Shown: piece by piece, positions 55,705 to 64,000 of the stretch
Layout of the letters: every line of letters starts with the position of its first letter
Position numbering within the stretch: the first letter of the stretch is position 1
DNA from: Methanobacterium sp. BRmetb2
Lineage (GTDB): Archaea; Methanobacteriota; Methanobacteria; Methanobacteriales; Methanobacteriaceae
Length of the DNA: 64,000 nt
Assembly (NCBI GenBank): GCA_003491285.1
Contig: CP022705.1
Location: 809,042 to 873,041, forward strand
Direction: 5' to 3'
Program-made: the position numbers and the translations under genes
Notes under the pieces: model-generated
What the model was told of the DNA's origin: nothing
Databases searched by the model: none
What the model saw: only the letters and a program-made list of their open reading frames with translations

Positions 55705-57522
55705 GTGAATCACATGGAAACTAAGAAATTCACACTCCTGGACATTGATTATATAACGGAGGATGAAAAGCCAGTAGTAAGACTATTTGGAAAGATCAGG
55801 GAAGAATCTGAAGACAGATCTATAATAGCCCTTGACAAAAAATTCAAACCATACATTTACGTTATTCCTGAAAATGAAACTGACTTTAATGATTGTATCA
55901 TGGATTTAAACGAATTAGATATTGAAAGTATTGAAACAGTACAAAAAACTGATATCAAGCAAGAAATAGAAGTTCTAAAAGTATTCTTGAAACATCCACA
56001 AGACGTCCCTAAACTCCGAGATAAAATATGGGGCTTAGAAACTGTAAAAGAAATCAGAGAACATGATATCCCTTTCTACAGAAGATATCTTATAGACAAT
56101 GGCCTGTTTCCCATGGATGATGTGGAAATTGAAGGAAAAACAGTTAATGAATCGTTGGATAATCCATCCTCCTCAAAGAATATTATTAGATTTGAAATAG
56201 AATGTAAACCTGTACATGTGGAACCCGTAAATTCTGATCTTAAGGTTATGAGCTTCGATATAGAGGTAAGAAACCCTGAAGGCATGCCCCAGGCAGATAA
56301 GGATGAAATTATCATGATCAGTATGGCCAGTAATTTTGGTCTAAAAAAGGTTTTATCAACCAAAAAATCGTCTTTTGATTATGTGGAAACAGTTAAAACT
56401 GAAAAAAAAATGCTTGAAAGATTTGTTGATATTGTTAATTCTTATAACCCTGATTTAATTGTTGGTTATAATTCTGACAATTTTGATTTTCCTTACATTA
56501 ATGAAAGAGCAATTAAATGCAGAGTTTCATTAAATATGGGGGTTGATGGTTCTAAATTAAAGTTCATGCGCCGTGGATTTGCAAACGCCGCATTTATGCG
56601 TGGTAGGATCCACGTGGATTTATATCTTTTGATGAGACGGTACATAAGACTCGATCGTTACACTCTGGAGAGAGTCTATAAGGAACTTTTTGGTGAAGAA
56701 AAAAAAGATATTAAAGGAGATATTTTATGGAAATACTGGGACGCTAACGGAGAAAAACTGCAAACCCTCTTTGAGTACTCTATGGATGATGCAATTGCCG
56801 CCTATAAAATAAGTGAAAAAATCCTACCCCTGAACATGGAATTAACTCGTATTGTAGGACAACCTTTTTTCGATATTGCTCGTATGGCTACAGGACAGCA
56901 GGTAGAATGGTTTCTCATTAGAAAAGCCTTTGAATATAATGATCTAGTTCCCAACAAACCATCACAAAGGGAACATTCACGCAGAAGAAGTGAAAGGGCT
57001 GTGGGAGGTTATGTAAAAGAACCAGAAAAGGGTCTGCATGAAAATATTGTCTATTTTGATTTTAGAAGCTTATATCCAAGTATAATTATTTCTAAAAATG
57101 TTTCTCTAGATACTTTGATACTTAATGAAATAAATGAAGATAGCCAGGATGATTCTAATTTTCATATAGCTCCAGAAGTAGGATATAAATTTTTAAAAGA
57201 ACCTTTAGGATTTGTGCCATCAGTTATTGGTAAAGTTTTAGAAGAGCGGACCAAAATTAAAAATAGAATGAAGCAGTCACAGGATCCATTGGAGCAAAGA
57301 GTTTTAGATGTGCAGCAAGAAGCCCTAAAAAGACTTGCAAATTCGATGTATGGAGTTTATGGATTTTCAAGATTCAGATGGTACAGTATTGAATGTGCAG
57401 ATGCCATAACAGCCTGGGGTAGAGATTACATCAAAAAAACAATGAAAAAAGCCGAATTATTTGGATTTCATGCTATTTATGCTGATACTGATGGATTTTA
57501 TGCAGTTTATAAGCAAAGTTAA
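55705..57522 (+). CDS. polB1: Family-B DNA polymerase, N-terminal (large) gene of a split PolB
   Basis: Exo I FDIEV, Exo [12 protein letters not shown], pol motif A region [10 protein letters not shown], KxxxNSxYG ([12 protein letters not shown]) and motif [10 protein letters not shown], with the stop 8 codons later. No thumb domain is encoded. Confidence 0.8.
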   Translation: MNHMETKKFTLLDIDYITEDEKPVVRLFGKIREESEDRSIIALDKKFKPYIYVIPENETDFNDCIMDLNELDIESIETVQKTDIKQEIEVLKVFLKHPQDVPKLRDKIWGLETVKEIREHDIPFYRRYLIDNGLFPMDDVEIEGKTVNESLDNPSSSKNIIRFEIECKPVHVEPVNSDLKVMSFDIEVRNPEGMPQADKDEIIMISMASNFGLKKVLSTKKSSFDYVETVKTEKKMLERFVDIVNSYNPDLIVGYNSDNFDFPYINERAIKCRVSLNMGVDGSKLKFMRRGFANAAFMRGRIHVDLYLLMRRYIRLDRYTLERVYKELFGEEKKDIKGDILWKYWDANGEKLQTLFEYSMDDAIAAYKISEKILPLNMELTRIVGQPFFDIARMATGQQVEWFLIRKAFEYNDLVPNKPSQREHSRRRSERAVGGYVKEPEKGLHENIVYFDFRSLYPSIIISKNVSLDTLILNEINEDSQDDSNFHIAPEVGYKFLKEPLGFVPSVIGKVLEERTKIKNRMKQSQDPLEQRVLDVQQEALKRLANSMYGVYGFSRFRWYSIECADAITAWGRDYIKKTMKKAELFGFHAIYADTDGFYAVYKQS

Positions 57523-57576
57523 GTCCAAAATTAACTTTTCACTTGAATTATATTAATTACTCCTTTTAAAAAGATT

Positions 57577-58176
57577 TTAAGGAAAATAGGTATCAATTAT
57601 TTCTTGAACCTCATTTAACCATCTTTTTCTCTCTTCAATTGTACTGCTGGCCACTATTCTAAATATTTTCCGGTGAAAATTCTTAATTCCGCAGAAATCG
57701 AAAATACAACTTTTCCAAATATTTTCCAGTGGATCTCCAAAAACTTCCATTTCCCTATCTTCCGGAGTATTGGAAGTATTAAAAACCATAGCGATTTCAG
57801 CTTTTAAAAGTCCATCTGGAACTCCGGATCCATCATCTCCTTCTTCAAATTCATAAGCCACTCCTGATCGAAGCACACGATCAATCCAACCTTTTAAAAT
57901 TGCAGGGGGTTGACCCCACCAGTTGGGGTGAATGATGATAATTCCATTGGCTGTCTGGATCTCTTTTCGATGCTGAATTACCAGAGAATCTGAAGTTTCA
58001 CCATTAACCAGTTCATTACCTTCCAATAAAGGATCAAATCCTTCTTTATAAATGTTATGGGCAAAAATATGGTGACCTTTTTCTTTGAGCGTTTTAAGGA
58101 CTTTTTCATAAATGGCGTGATTAAAACTTTTTTCATAGGGATGGGCCAGAATTACCAATATATCCATGCTTATCAC
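57577..58176 (-). CDS. Flavodoxin-like-fold NAD(P)H-dependent oxidoreductase (Flavodoxin_2 / NQO-like)
   Basis: ILVILAHPYEKSFNHAIYEKV N-terminus is typical of FMN-dependent NAD(P)H:quinone oxidoreductase-like proteins. Confidence 0.6.
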   Translation of the reverse strand: MISMDILVILAHPYEKSFNHAIYEKVLKTLKEKGHHIFAHNIYKEGFDPLLEGNELVNGETSDSLVIQHRKEIQTANGIIIIHPNWWGQPPAILKGWIDRVLRSGVAYEFEEGDDGSGVPDGLLKAEIAMVFNTSNTPEDREMEVFGDPLENIWKSCIFDFCGIKNFHRKIFRIVASSTIEERKRWLNEVQEIIDTYFP

Positions 58177-58206
58177 TTCCCTAAGTTTTCAGAACTTAAT
58201 TTGATT

Positions 58207-59019
58207 TTAAGATTTTACAGCTACTCCTTTAAAAAAGTTATAAAAGAATGTGCCGTCTTTTTTGGCAGATTTATACAGATCGTCAATGCCTTTTTCCCAT
58301 TCCTGGTGACTGACCAAACCTGATTTTATGGCTTGATCCTTAACTCCTTCCACCATGGCAATTATAGTCTTTTTTATAAATCCATCCACCAGTTGGGGCT
58401 TGCTATTATCCACATAAACTATCCGGGGTGTTACCACTATCCCTTCAAAACCTGCCTCATCCAGTAAAGGGTACAATCTTCTTCCTACCATAGGATCTCC
58501 CCCTAAATCTTGTTGAGATTTAATAAGACATTCCCATGCCTTGACTGCTTCCCTAGTTTCTGGATGGAAATAACATGATCCATGATCTCCTTCTATAATA
58601 GTTATGGTTCCTCTGGTTTTTAAATATTTTTTAAGTTCTAAGAGAGCTTCCACTGGATTTATTAGATGTTCCAAGACAAAACAAATAAAAATATGATCAA
58701 AACTTTCTTTTTCAAAGGGAAGATTCATGATATCTTCTTTTTGGAATTTAACATTATTTATTCCTTCTTTTTTAATCAAATCTTTGGCCTGGTTTAAAGA
58801 ATCTTCTGAAATATCTATTGAAGTTATTTTTGCATCAGGACTGTTTTTAGCAAGTATTATGGTTTGAGCCCCTACTCCACATCCCGCTTCCAGGACTTTA
58901 CTTCCTGCTGGGAATTGGGTGTCATAATGAAGTATTTCTGCCAGAGTATCGGCCTGATCTACCAGCCTTTCAGATTCTCTTTTAGAGTAACCATGTACAT
59001 AATCGTTCAAATTTAACAC
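58207..59019 (-). CDS. Class I SAM-dependent methyltransferase
   Basis: GSKVLEAGCGVGAQTIILAK is motif I. DHIFICFVLEHL is the post-motif II region. Confidence 0.7.
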   Translation of the reverse strand: MLNLNDYVHGYSKRESERLVDQADTLAEILHYDTQFPAGSKVLEAGCGVGAQTIILAKNSPDAKITSIDISEDSLNQAKDLIKKEGINNVKFQKEDIMNLPFEKESFDHIFICFVLEHLINPVEALLELKKYLKTRGTITIIEGDHGSCYFHPETREAVKAWECLIKSQQDLGGDPMVGRRLYPLLDEAGFEGIVVTPRIVYVDNSKPQLVDGFIKKTIIAMVEGVKDQAIKSGLVSHQEWEKGIDDLYKSAKKDGTFFYNFFKGVAVKS

Positions 59020-59832
59020 CTAAATATATAGTTTTTCAAGAAATTCAAGCATACAATTGTTAAATTCATCAATATTTTCAAGATTACTGACATGACCTGC
59101 ATTTGATATAATCTTTAATTGCGAATCCTTTATTTTTTCATACATAGTATTAGATGAAGCGATCGGAGTAAAATTATCATTTTCTCCAACCATTATCAAC
59201 GTTGGAACGTTGATTTTAGGAAGTACATGAGTCATGTCAGTTCTCCCAGCCTGTGCAAGTAAAACTCCACATATCCCCAATTGGGATGAAGAAAGAATCA
59301 TGTTTTGAATTAGTTTAATCGCATCAAAACATAATTTAAAGCTTTCTGGAGCAAATATTGTTTTTATGAATTCTTCTGTAAAAGGTTGTAATTCATTTTG
59401 TTTAATTGATTCTATGGAGTTTTCTCGCCAGTATTTTGTTTCATTTGAGTCAGCTTCAGCCCGTGTATCACATAGTATTAGTGCATGGGCACGTTGGGGA
59501 TGCATTTCAAATGCACGTATAGCAATGGCTCCACCCATTGAAAGACCACAAAAAACAGCTTTATTAATTTTTAAATAGTCCATTAAAGCAATATGATCCT
59601 CTGCAAACATTTTATAAGTATATTGACCTTCTATCACATCGGTTTTTCCATGTCCACGTATATCGTAAGTGATTAAACGGTAATTTTCTTTTAAAAATTC
59701 GATTTGAGGAGCCCACATCCTATGATCCAATGTCATGCCATGTGCAAAAACAATTGGGAGAGCATCTGGATTTCCAACATCTATGTAATGCATTTTAATT
59801 CCATTAATCTTTGCTTTCATCAAAACACCCAA
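59020..59832 (-). CDS. Alpha/beta-fold hydrolase
   Basis: HGMTLDHRMW and the nucleophile elbow GLSMGG. A C-terminal His is present. Confidence 0.75.
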   Translation of the reverse strand: MGVLMKAKINGIKMHYIDVGNPDALPIVFAHGMTLDHRMWAPQIEFLKENYRLITYDIRGHGKTDVIEGQYTYKMFAEDHIALMDYLKINKAVFCGLSMGGAIAIRAFEMHPQRAHALILCDTRAEADSNETKYWRENSIESIKQNELQPFTEEFIKTIFAPESFKLCFDAIKLIQNMILSSSQLGICGVLLAQAGRTDMTHVLPKINVPTLIMVGENDNFTPIASSNTMYEKIKDSQLKIISNAGHVSNLENIDEFNNCMLEFLEKLYI

Positions 59833-59868
59833 TCTTGTTTTTTAAATAATTCCAATATAAATAAACTG

Positions 59869-60708
59869 TTAATCCAATATATCATTTAAATCATTAACTG
59901 AAAGTAATAGTCCCTTTTCCATAATTGATGCTAGTTTATCTACATTAGCATATTCAAGAGATTCTTTAATTGCTTGTAAACTGGATAAAATAAGTAATGA
60001 TGGTAAACTTACTCTTTTTACACCGCAGTTTATTAAATCATTAATCGAAAACTCATTTATATTATAAGGCATTCCTGCAGCAATACTAATTGGTCCTTTA
60101 ACTTCTTTTGTGACTTGTTTAACCTCATCAAGTGTTTCAATATAAGTTATGAATGTTAAATCTGCACCTGCATCTAAATATTGATTAGCACGATCAATGG
60201 CAATTTCTAATCCTTCGTCCCTATTGTCAGTTGATCTTAAAGCATCTGTACGGCCATTAATTATAAAATCAGGTTTTTCTTCAGCATCTGCTGTTTCACG
60301 AGCATTTATGATTTTTTGAACCATCAAATCTTCATCTACAATGGATAATTTGTTTTTTCCATTTGGAATCTGGTCTTCTATATTAAGTCCTGCGACACCA
60401 GCATCTATAAACCGTTTAATTGTGTTAATTATTTCTTCTGTACCCCCGTATCCATCTTCAGCATCTGCCATTACAGGAACATCTACTGATTCAACAATTC
60501 TACTTGTCCATTCAATATTTTCATCTAGAGTCACATCTGATTCTCTTTTATATCCTGCCTGAATTGAAAAACTATAGCCAGAACATTGTATTGCTTTAAA
60601 TCCTGCGTTTTCAATTAATTTCGCACTTATAGAATCATATGCATCCGGCATAATAAGTGATTTGCCCGAATTTAAGAGTTTTTTAAGCTTATTACTTTTC
60701 ATGAACAT
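59869..60708 (-). CDS. Isocitrate lyase / PEP mutase superfamily protein lacking the KRCGH catalytic motif
   Basis: LIMPDAYDSISAKL ... NIEDQIPNGKNK is a TIM-barrel signature with the Mg ligand EDQ. Where methylisocitrate lyase has KRCGH, this protein has PNGKNK. Confidence 0.65.
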   Translation of the reverse strand: MFMKSNKLKKLLNSGKSLIMPDAYDSISAKLIENAGFKAIQCSGYSFSIQAGYKRESDVTLDENIEWTSRIVESVDVPVMADAEDGYGGTEEIINTIKRFIDAGVAGLNIEDQIPNGKNKLSIVDEDLMVQKIINARETADAEEKPDFIINGRTDALRSTDNRDEGLEIAIDRANQYLDAGADLTFITYIETLDEVKQVTKEVKGPISIAAGMPYNINEFSINDLINCGVKRVSLPSLLILSSLQAIKESLEYANVDKLASIMEKGLLLSVNDLNDILD

Positions 60709-60893
60709 CCCCCTTTATTCAATAAAACTTAATCTGAAGGTTTGTTTAATATTATTAGGATAATGTCAATTTATTATTAACTGAAAAGAGTCAATTTTCT
60801 ATAAAGTTTAAGCTGTTAATACTTAAAATAAAATATTGATAAATAAATGTGAATAAACACTTCTAACCTGATATATTGCGGGTAATCATTCAT

Positions 60894-61193
60894 CTACCAT
60901 GTAACTTTTAAAAGTACAGATAATGCAATAAATAATATTATATTATTTATTATCAGAAGTACCCCCACTCCACGACCAAAACCCCCATGAAAGAGTATGC
61001 TTAGTGTTAAAAAGAGACTCTGAAGTAAGAGGAATGAAGAAAAAATCAGAATCCCAATATTAAATCTAGATTTAATTTCTTGATAATTTTGCCAGTATAT
61101 ATAGGACAATACAATTAACAAAATTATGTTGCCTACTCCGATAATTGCCGCTATATTAAAAGACCATAATTCAATTGTAGTATTAACTGCCAT
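60894..61193 (-). CDS. Small 3-TM membrane protein
   Basis: 99-aa hydrophobic ORF immediately downstream of the wHTH regulator. Confidence 0.4.
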   Translation of the reverse strand: MAVNTTIELWSFNIAAIIGVGNIILLIVLSYIYWQNYQEIKSRFNIGILIFSSFLLLQSLFLTLSILFHGGFGRGVGVLLIINNIILFIALSVLLKVTW

Positions 61194-61223
61194 TTTTTAC
61201 ACCCAAATTTATACTAATTAAAA

Positions 61224-61505
61224 TTATTTTTCCACGATTTCTTCCCATATCTCTAAGAAATTTTCATAATTTACTTTCATTTTATCTGTAAGGAAGTATA
61301 AAGTTCCATATTTTCTTCCCACAGGTATAACAACTTCATTATCTTCTAAAACATTAATATGATAGCTTATAGTTTTATAATCTACTTCAAGTATATCCGC
61401 AAGCTGATTAACATTGTAAGGCCTTTCATTGAGGAGTTTAATTATTTTAGCCCTATTTACACCGCCCCTAGTGCCTGCAATCAAGTACCATAACATCCTT
61501 CTCAT
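61224..61505 (-). CDS. ArsR-like winged-helix transcriptional regulator
   Basis: NRAKIIKLLNERPYNVNQLADILEVDYKTISYHINVLEDNEVV is HTH-like. Confidence 0.55.
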   Translation of the reverse strand: MRRMLWYLIAGTRGGVNRAKIIKLLNERPYNVNQLADILEVDYKTISYHINVLEDNEVVIPVGRKYGTLYFLTDKMKVNYENFLEIWEEIVEK

Positions 61506-61655
61506 GTTAACCTCTCTAAAACCTAAATATCCTTATTATACTTTTAGAATTATATTAAGGTTACCAATCTGAGTTATGTACTATATACAAACATTATTTC
61601 ATGAAATATATTCTACATTTTCCTAAATTCTAATTATAATATGTTGAATTTTATC

Positions 61656-62395
61656 TCAATACTGGTCCAAAAAATGGAAGTAAATTAATAAAACACTTAA
61701 AAACACCCCTGAATAAAATAAAATCGATATTACTGGATAAATGAGATCTATGTTACCTAAATAACCTGCAAATTTTAGTACAATCACTTCTGGAGCAGCC
61801 CAAGGAGAAAGATAGCATTTATCCCAATGGTAAACAGTCAAGTTGGGAATGATTCCAGCTACCGATATAACCATAGCTGGGATGAAATTGCGGAACAACA
61901 GAGTCAAAAGCATTGCAAATGGCAAGATTACCAGTGTAGTAACACTTGCTAACATTAAATAGCCAGTATAATTAAATATTTCACTAATAGTAATGCTAAA
62001 ACCCAAACCAAATGCACATAAAATATTGACTAAAGCCACACAAGCATATAAACCAATAATCAAAAGAGAAATATATCCTAGCTTTCCCAAAATAATTTTT
62101 GATCTGGAATAGGGAGTGGTCAGCATATTTCCCATTGTGTGTGACTGATACTCATAAAAAACCGCGCTTACTGCAATAAACGAAGTAAGAAGAGGCCCTA
62201 TTAAAAACATGAAAAAAAAACCACCCGACCAAAAAAGGAATGCCAAGTGTAGACTCCCTGAGTTATTAAATCTTCCCGAACCATTAAAGTACCAATCGCG
62301 ATTAAGATAACCGGTGATATCATCCCTAAAATGCCAAGAGTATAAATATAAGTACCTTTGTACTTTTTATATTCTGATTGAAATAAGTTTATCAT
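61656..62395 (-). CDS. ABC-2-type transporter permease, split by a frameshift at an A9/T9 homopolymer
   Basis: Track ORFs 62201-62395 (N-terminal helix 1) and 61656-62246 (helices 2-6) overlap in different frames around the gaaaaaaaaa run at 62211-62220. Together they encode a protein of about 245 aa, co-oriented with the ATPase. Confidence 0.5.
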
Positions 62396-63345
62396 GACAT
62401 CACCCTTAATTCCTGATTGGTTATTCCTAAAAATCGCTCTTCCAATGTTTTTGAAACTGATTTCAAATTATAAACATTAATATCTTGTTTAACCAGTTCA
62501 CGATTAATAAATACATTATCTTCACGTTTGCAGAAGATTTTTAATCCTCTCTCCATTTTCTCAAAATCAAAATTCAAAGATGTGATAATTTGAATCGTTT
62601 TCTGTAACTGATCAGTTTCCACAAGCAGAAAACTTTGTTCGTCGGTGGTAATGAGTTCTATTTCGCCTTCATGGATCAATCGACCGTGATCAATAATCCC
62701 AATATAATCTGCAATTTGCTGTACTTCACTCAGTAAATGACTGGAAACAAGAATCGATATTCCCATGGATTCTGAAAGGTCCCGGATCAACTTCCGCATT
62801 TCAATTATTCCTGCTGGGTCTAAACCATTGGTAGGCTCATCCAGAATTAAAATCCGTGGTGAATGAATTAAAGCATTAGCTATTCCTAATCTCTGCTTCA
62901 TTCCCAGAGAAAAATTACTTACAGGCTTGTCTCCAATATTTGAAAGACCTGCAAGTTTCAATGATTGTTCAATCCTATTTATTTTAGTTTTAAACATTTT
63001 AGCAGTTATTTCAAGGTTTTCGTAAGCCGATAGATTCTCATAAAAACCAGGAATTTCAATTATTGCTCCGATTTCAGCCAGATATTTACTGTTGTTGCGA
63101 CTCATTTCCTGACCAAATATCTTTACTATTCCTTTATCTGGTTTAATAAGACCCATTATCATCCTTATTGTGGTGGTTTTCCCTGAACCATTTCTTCCTA
63201 AAAAACCATACACTTTACCTACAGGTACCCTTATTTCTAAGTCTTTAACTGCGTCAAGATCCCCATAACTTTTAGTAAGGCATTCTGTTTCAATTGCATA
63301 TTCCATATGATCCCTCATTTTAAATTGATCGAAATATTGTAACAT
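62392..63345 (-). CDS. ABC transporter ATP-binding protein (ABC-2 / CcmA-like)
   Basis: Walker A GRNGSGKTT, signature pattern FSLGMKQRLGIANAL, Walker B ILILDEPTNGLD. Confidence 0.85.
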   Translation of the reverse strand: MLQYFDQFKMRDHMEYAIETECLTKSYGDLDAVKDLEIRVPVGKVYGFLGRNGSGKTTTIRMIMGLIKPDKGIVKIFGQEMSRNNSKYLAEIGAIIEIPGFYENLSAYENLEITAKMFKTKINRIEQSLKLAGLSNIGDKPVSNFSLGMKQRLGIANALIHSPRILILDEPTNGLDPAGIIEMRKLIRDLSESMGISILVSSHLLSEVQQIADYIGIIDHGRLIHEGEIELITTDEQSFLLVETDQLQKTIQIITSLNFDFEKMERGLKIFCKREDNVFINRELVKQDINVYNLKSVSKTLEERFLGITNQELRVMS

Positions 63346-63701
63346 GTTTTAAATCAACACAGGATTTAGCATGATTACTTCAAATCCATGGTAAAATAGT
63401 GATTAAAAAAGAATATAAAGATTTTTCCAGTTCTTTTCTAGATTAGTTCAAGATCTCTTCCAGATCTCTTCCAGATTTAGATATTATTAAATAAATCATG
63501 AAAAATTGAAAAAACAAAAAATTAAATAATACTAAAAATTTTAAAATAGTGATTTAAGTCCATTTGTCTATTATATCTATTTAGGTCTATTTAGGAAGAT
63601 TTGTCTCCTATTTCAGACAACAAACCACATATGATTTATCATTAAGGAATTTTACATAGTATTCGTGGCCTTTTTTATCCGTTTTTATCCAGAACATGGA
63701 T

Positions 63702-64000
63702 TTATTCTCTCTTACGAGTTTTTTTTAAAGGTGATCTAACTAAAATTAAATCTTTAATATCGCTTAGGCCCGTTTTAGAAGTTACTTTTAGGTATATCCA
63801 TTTACCTTCACGAATTGGTTCTTTATTTTCAATAATTTCCTTTGTTTCAGAACTAATATCCGATTTTAAGGCATTTTTAACCTCTTCTCCATTTAAAATA
63901 ATTTGCACCATAAACTCATTCTCTCCAGGATAGATAGAAATTATTACCTTGCCTGATTTGCGATATCTTAAAGCCCAGCCAAAATTTTTACCATAAAACT
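63702..64000 (-). CDS. DUF3788-like protein, 5' end beyond the window
   Basis: The frame stays open to the window edge (FYGKNFGWALRYRKSGKVIISIYPGENEFMVQIILNGEEV...). The track ORF 63702-63911 is its 3' part. Confidence 0.4.
   Translation of the reverse strand, partial: FYGKNFGWALRYRKSGKVIISIYPGENEFMVQIILNGEEVKNALKSDISSETKEIIENKEPIREGKWIYLKVTSKTGLSDIKDLILVRSPLKKTRKRE

Overview
The window reads as a chromosomal segment of an AT-rich hydrogenotrophic methanogen of the order Methanobacteriales. Gene content and order resemble the Methanothermobacter MTH122x-125x neighbourhood: RNA ligase, a CBS-domain array, then the ehb hydrogenase operon. Coding is dense, mostly on the minus strand.

Main blocks, left to right:
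- A B12-binding radical SAM gene, two paralogous lipoproteins, pheA and the archaeal ATP-dependent RNA ligase (Rnl3).
- Five tandem CBS-domain paralogs (6520-10732).
- queE and queD plus a small gene of unknown function, a PPC-domain gene and an unassigned Pol-beta-type nucleotidyltransferase.
- Homoserine dehydrogenase, translationally coupled to a solo Cas4-like nuclease.
- A complete 17-gene energy-converting hydrogenase B operon (ehbA-Q region, 18.5-27.6 kb) with a 14-cluster polyferredoxin.
- argG, an SPFH protein and Nnr.
- A K+ channel (TVGYGD pore plus RCK domain) carrying three unexplained C-terminal tandem protein repeats.
- ftr, then trkH/trkA.
- An intron-containing tRNA-Trp whose intron has box C/D features, a tRNA-Cys, and proC.
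- A roughly 3.7-kb PadR-DUF1700-ABC cassette that appears inserted between a prenyltransferase-repeat gene and a GNAT gene, flanked by imperfect direct repeats.
- The N-terminal gene of a split family-B DNA polymerase.
- A small cluster encoding a flavodoxin-like reductase, a methyltransferase, a hydrolase and an atypical PEP-mutase/isocitrate-lyase-family protein.
- An ABC-2 transporter.

Four genes carry frameshifts, three of them at homopolymer runs: trkH, a DUF4332 gene, the ABC-2 permease and a PNPOx-like gene. This looks more like sequencing error than genuine gene decay. No CRISPR array, rRNA or classical IS element was seen.
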